Assembly (NCBI GenBank): GCA_964496825.1
Contig: CAZCBO010000003.1
Location: 1 to 41,435, forward strand
Direction: 5' to 3'
Origin: an uncultured Acidimicrobiaceae bacterium
GTDB lineage: Bacteria; Actinomycetota; Acidimicrobiia; Spongiisociales; UBA5794
Length of the DNA stretch: 41,435 bases
Shown: piece after piece, positions 40,554-41,435 of the stretch
Layout: every line of letters begins with the position of its first letter
Position numbering within the stretch: the stretch's first letter is position 1
Position numbers and translations under genes: made by a program
Notes under the pieces: model-generated
Told to the model about the DNA's origin: nothing
Database searches by the model: none
Seen by the model: only the letters and a program-made list of their open reading frames with translations

Positions 40554-41316
40554 CGACCCTCCCGAACACCCTGGCGGCATGCTTCGAGCTCAGCTCGGCG
40601 ACCGCGTCCGCCTCCATCCCCCAGACCCGGGCCAGGGTTTCCCCGTTGTGGGCCACCCATTCGGGACGGTTGTCCGCGCCACGGTGGGGCTCGGGGGCGA
40701 GGAACGGGCTGTCGGTCTCGACCAGCGTCCGCCGCGGCGGGGCCTCCTCGGCCCCGCGCCGGACCGCATCCGCCGTGTCGTAGGTGATCGGCCCCGCGTA
40801 GGAGAAGGTGACGCCGAGGTCGTCGAAGCGCTTCGTCCAGCGTGGTCCACCGGTCCAGCAGTGCATCACGGCGCGCTCGCCGAGCCCCGCCGCCTCGAGG
40901 ATCTCGTAGACGTCGCCGAAGGCGTCCCTGACGTGGACGATGACCGGCTTGTCGAGCTCGCCGGCAAGGGCCACCTGGTCGGCGAAGGCCGTGCGCTGGT
41001 GATCCCGTGGCGACCGGTCCCGGTAGTAGTCGAGCCCACACTCGCCGATCGCGTCGGCATCGACGGCCAGCGCGGTGAGCCGGCCTCGCTGGGCGTCCCA
41101 CGCCGAGGCGTCGTGGGGGTGGAGCCCGGCGCTCCACAGCACCCGACCGGGATGGCGCCCGGCGATGGCCCTGGCCCCCAACGTCGACTCCAGGTCGATT
41201 CCCGGGCACACCATCCACGAAACACCGGCCGCCGCGGCTCGGTCGATCGCGGTGTCGGGGTCGTCCGCCAGCAGGAACAGGTGGCAGTGGGTGTCCACCC
41301 AGCCGGCCACGGTCAC
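40543..41316 (-). CDS. tatD: TatD family hydrolase
   Basis: Motifs DTHCHL, GLHPH, IGECGLDYY, HVRDA, MHCW and ETDSPFL. Confidence 0.95.
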   Translation of the reverse strand: MTVAGWVDTHCHLFLLADDPDTAIDRAAAAGVSWMVCPGIDLESTLGARAIAGRHPGRVLWSAGLHPHDASAWDAQRGRLTALAVDADAIGECGLDYYRDRSPRDHQRTAFADQVALAGELDKPVIVHVRDAFGDVYEILEAAGLGERAVMHCWTGGPRWTKRFDDLGVTFSYAGPITYDTADAVRRGAEEAPPRRTLVETDSPFLAPEPHRGADNRPEWVAHNGETLARVWGMEADAVAELSSKHAARVFGRVDGP

Positions 41317-41435
41317 TCCTCTTCGTCGATCGGCTCCATCTTGGCGTAGAGGGGACCGAGATCGGCGAGCTCGGTGCCGGCGGCGATCTCGGGACGGTGC
41401 CAGGTCGGGCCCTGCTCACCGAGCTCCGCGCCAAG
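41313..41435 (-). CDS. metG: 3' end of methionyl-tRNA synthetase (partial)
   Basis: Reads ...PTWHRPEIAAGTELADLGPLYAKMEPIDEEE*, with the TGA overlapping the tatD GTG. This fits a MetG C-terminus and metG-tatD-rsmA synteny. Confidence 0.65.
   Translation of the reverse strand, partial: LGAELGEQGPTWHRPEIAAGTELADLGPLYAKMEPIDEEE

Overview
High-GC actinobacterial chromosome segment. Gene content and order suggest Acidimicrobiia, which is an inference. The right two-thirds is the conserved minus-strand housekeeping backbone metG-tatD-rsmA-ispE-tRNA-Gln-glmU-prs-rplY-pth-mfd-(SurA-like lipoprotein)-mazG-eno-ftsB/divIC-DUF501-ppx-tRNA-Leu(UAA). It is interrupted by small extra blocks: an F420-type nitroreductase with yjbQ; glpK-pgsA; a ROK kinase, two ABC exporters, a DUF1697 pseudogene and thrC; and an EF-G paralogue. 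The left third holds a probable menD end, a PaaK-like CoA ligase coupled to isochorismate synthase, a CBS-BON protein, a GNAT/acyl-CoA synthetase fusion (Pat-like), an orphan FetB-like permease with a lipoprotein, an OmpR-family two-component system with a divergent secreted protein, an ABC-F ATPase, a GGDEF-EAL protein and a SHOCT protein. I saw no transposase, integrase, phage gene, cas gene or CRISPR array, and I cannot point to one clearly novel multi-gene system. The best leads are: a possible local acetylation circuit around the CoA ligase; a 36-bp palindromic tandem repeat and a 48-bp inverted repeat; glmU starting 2 nt after tRNA-Gln; phased OmpR-type boxes; a leaderless 12-codon uORF; and pervasive leaderless promoters. 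All family calls come from motif recognition by eye, not database searches.
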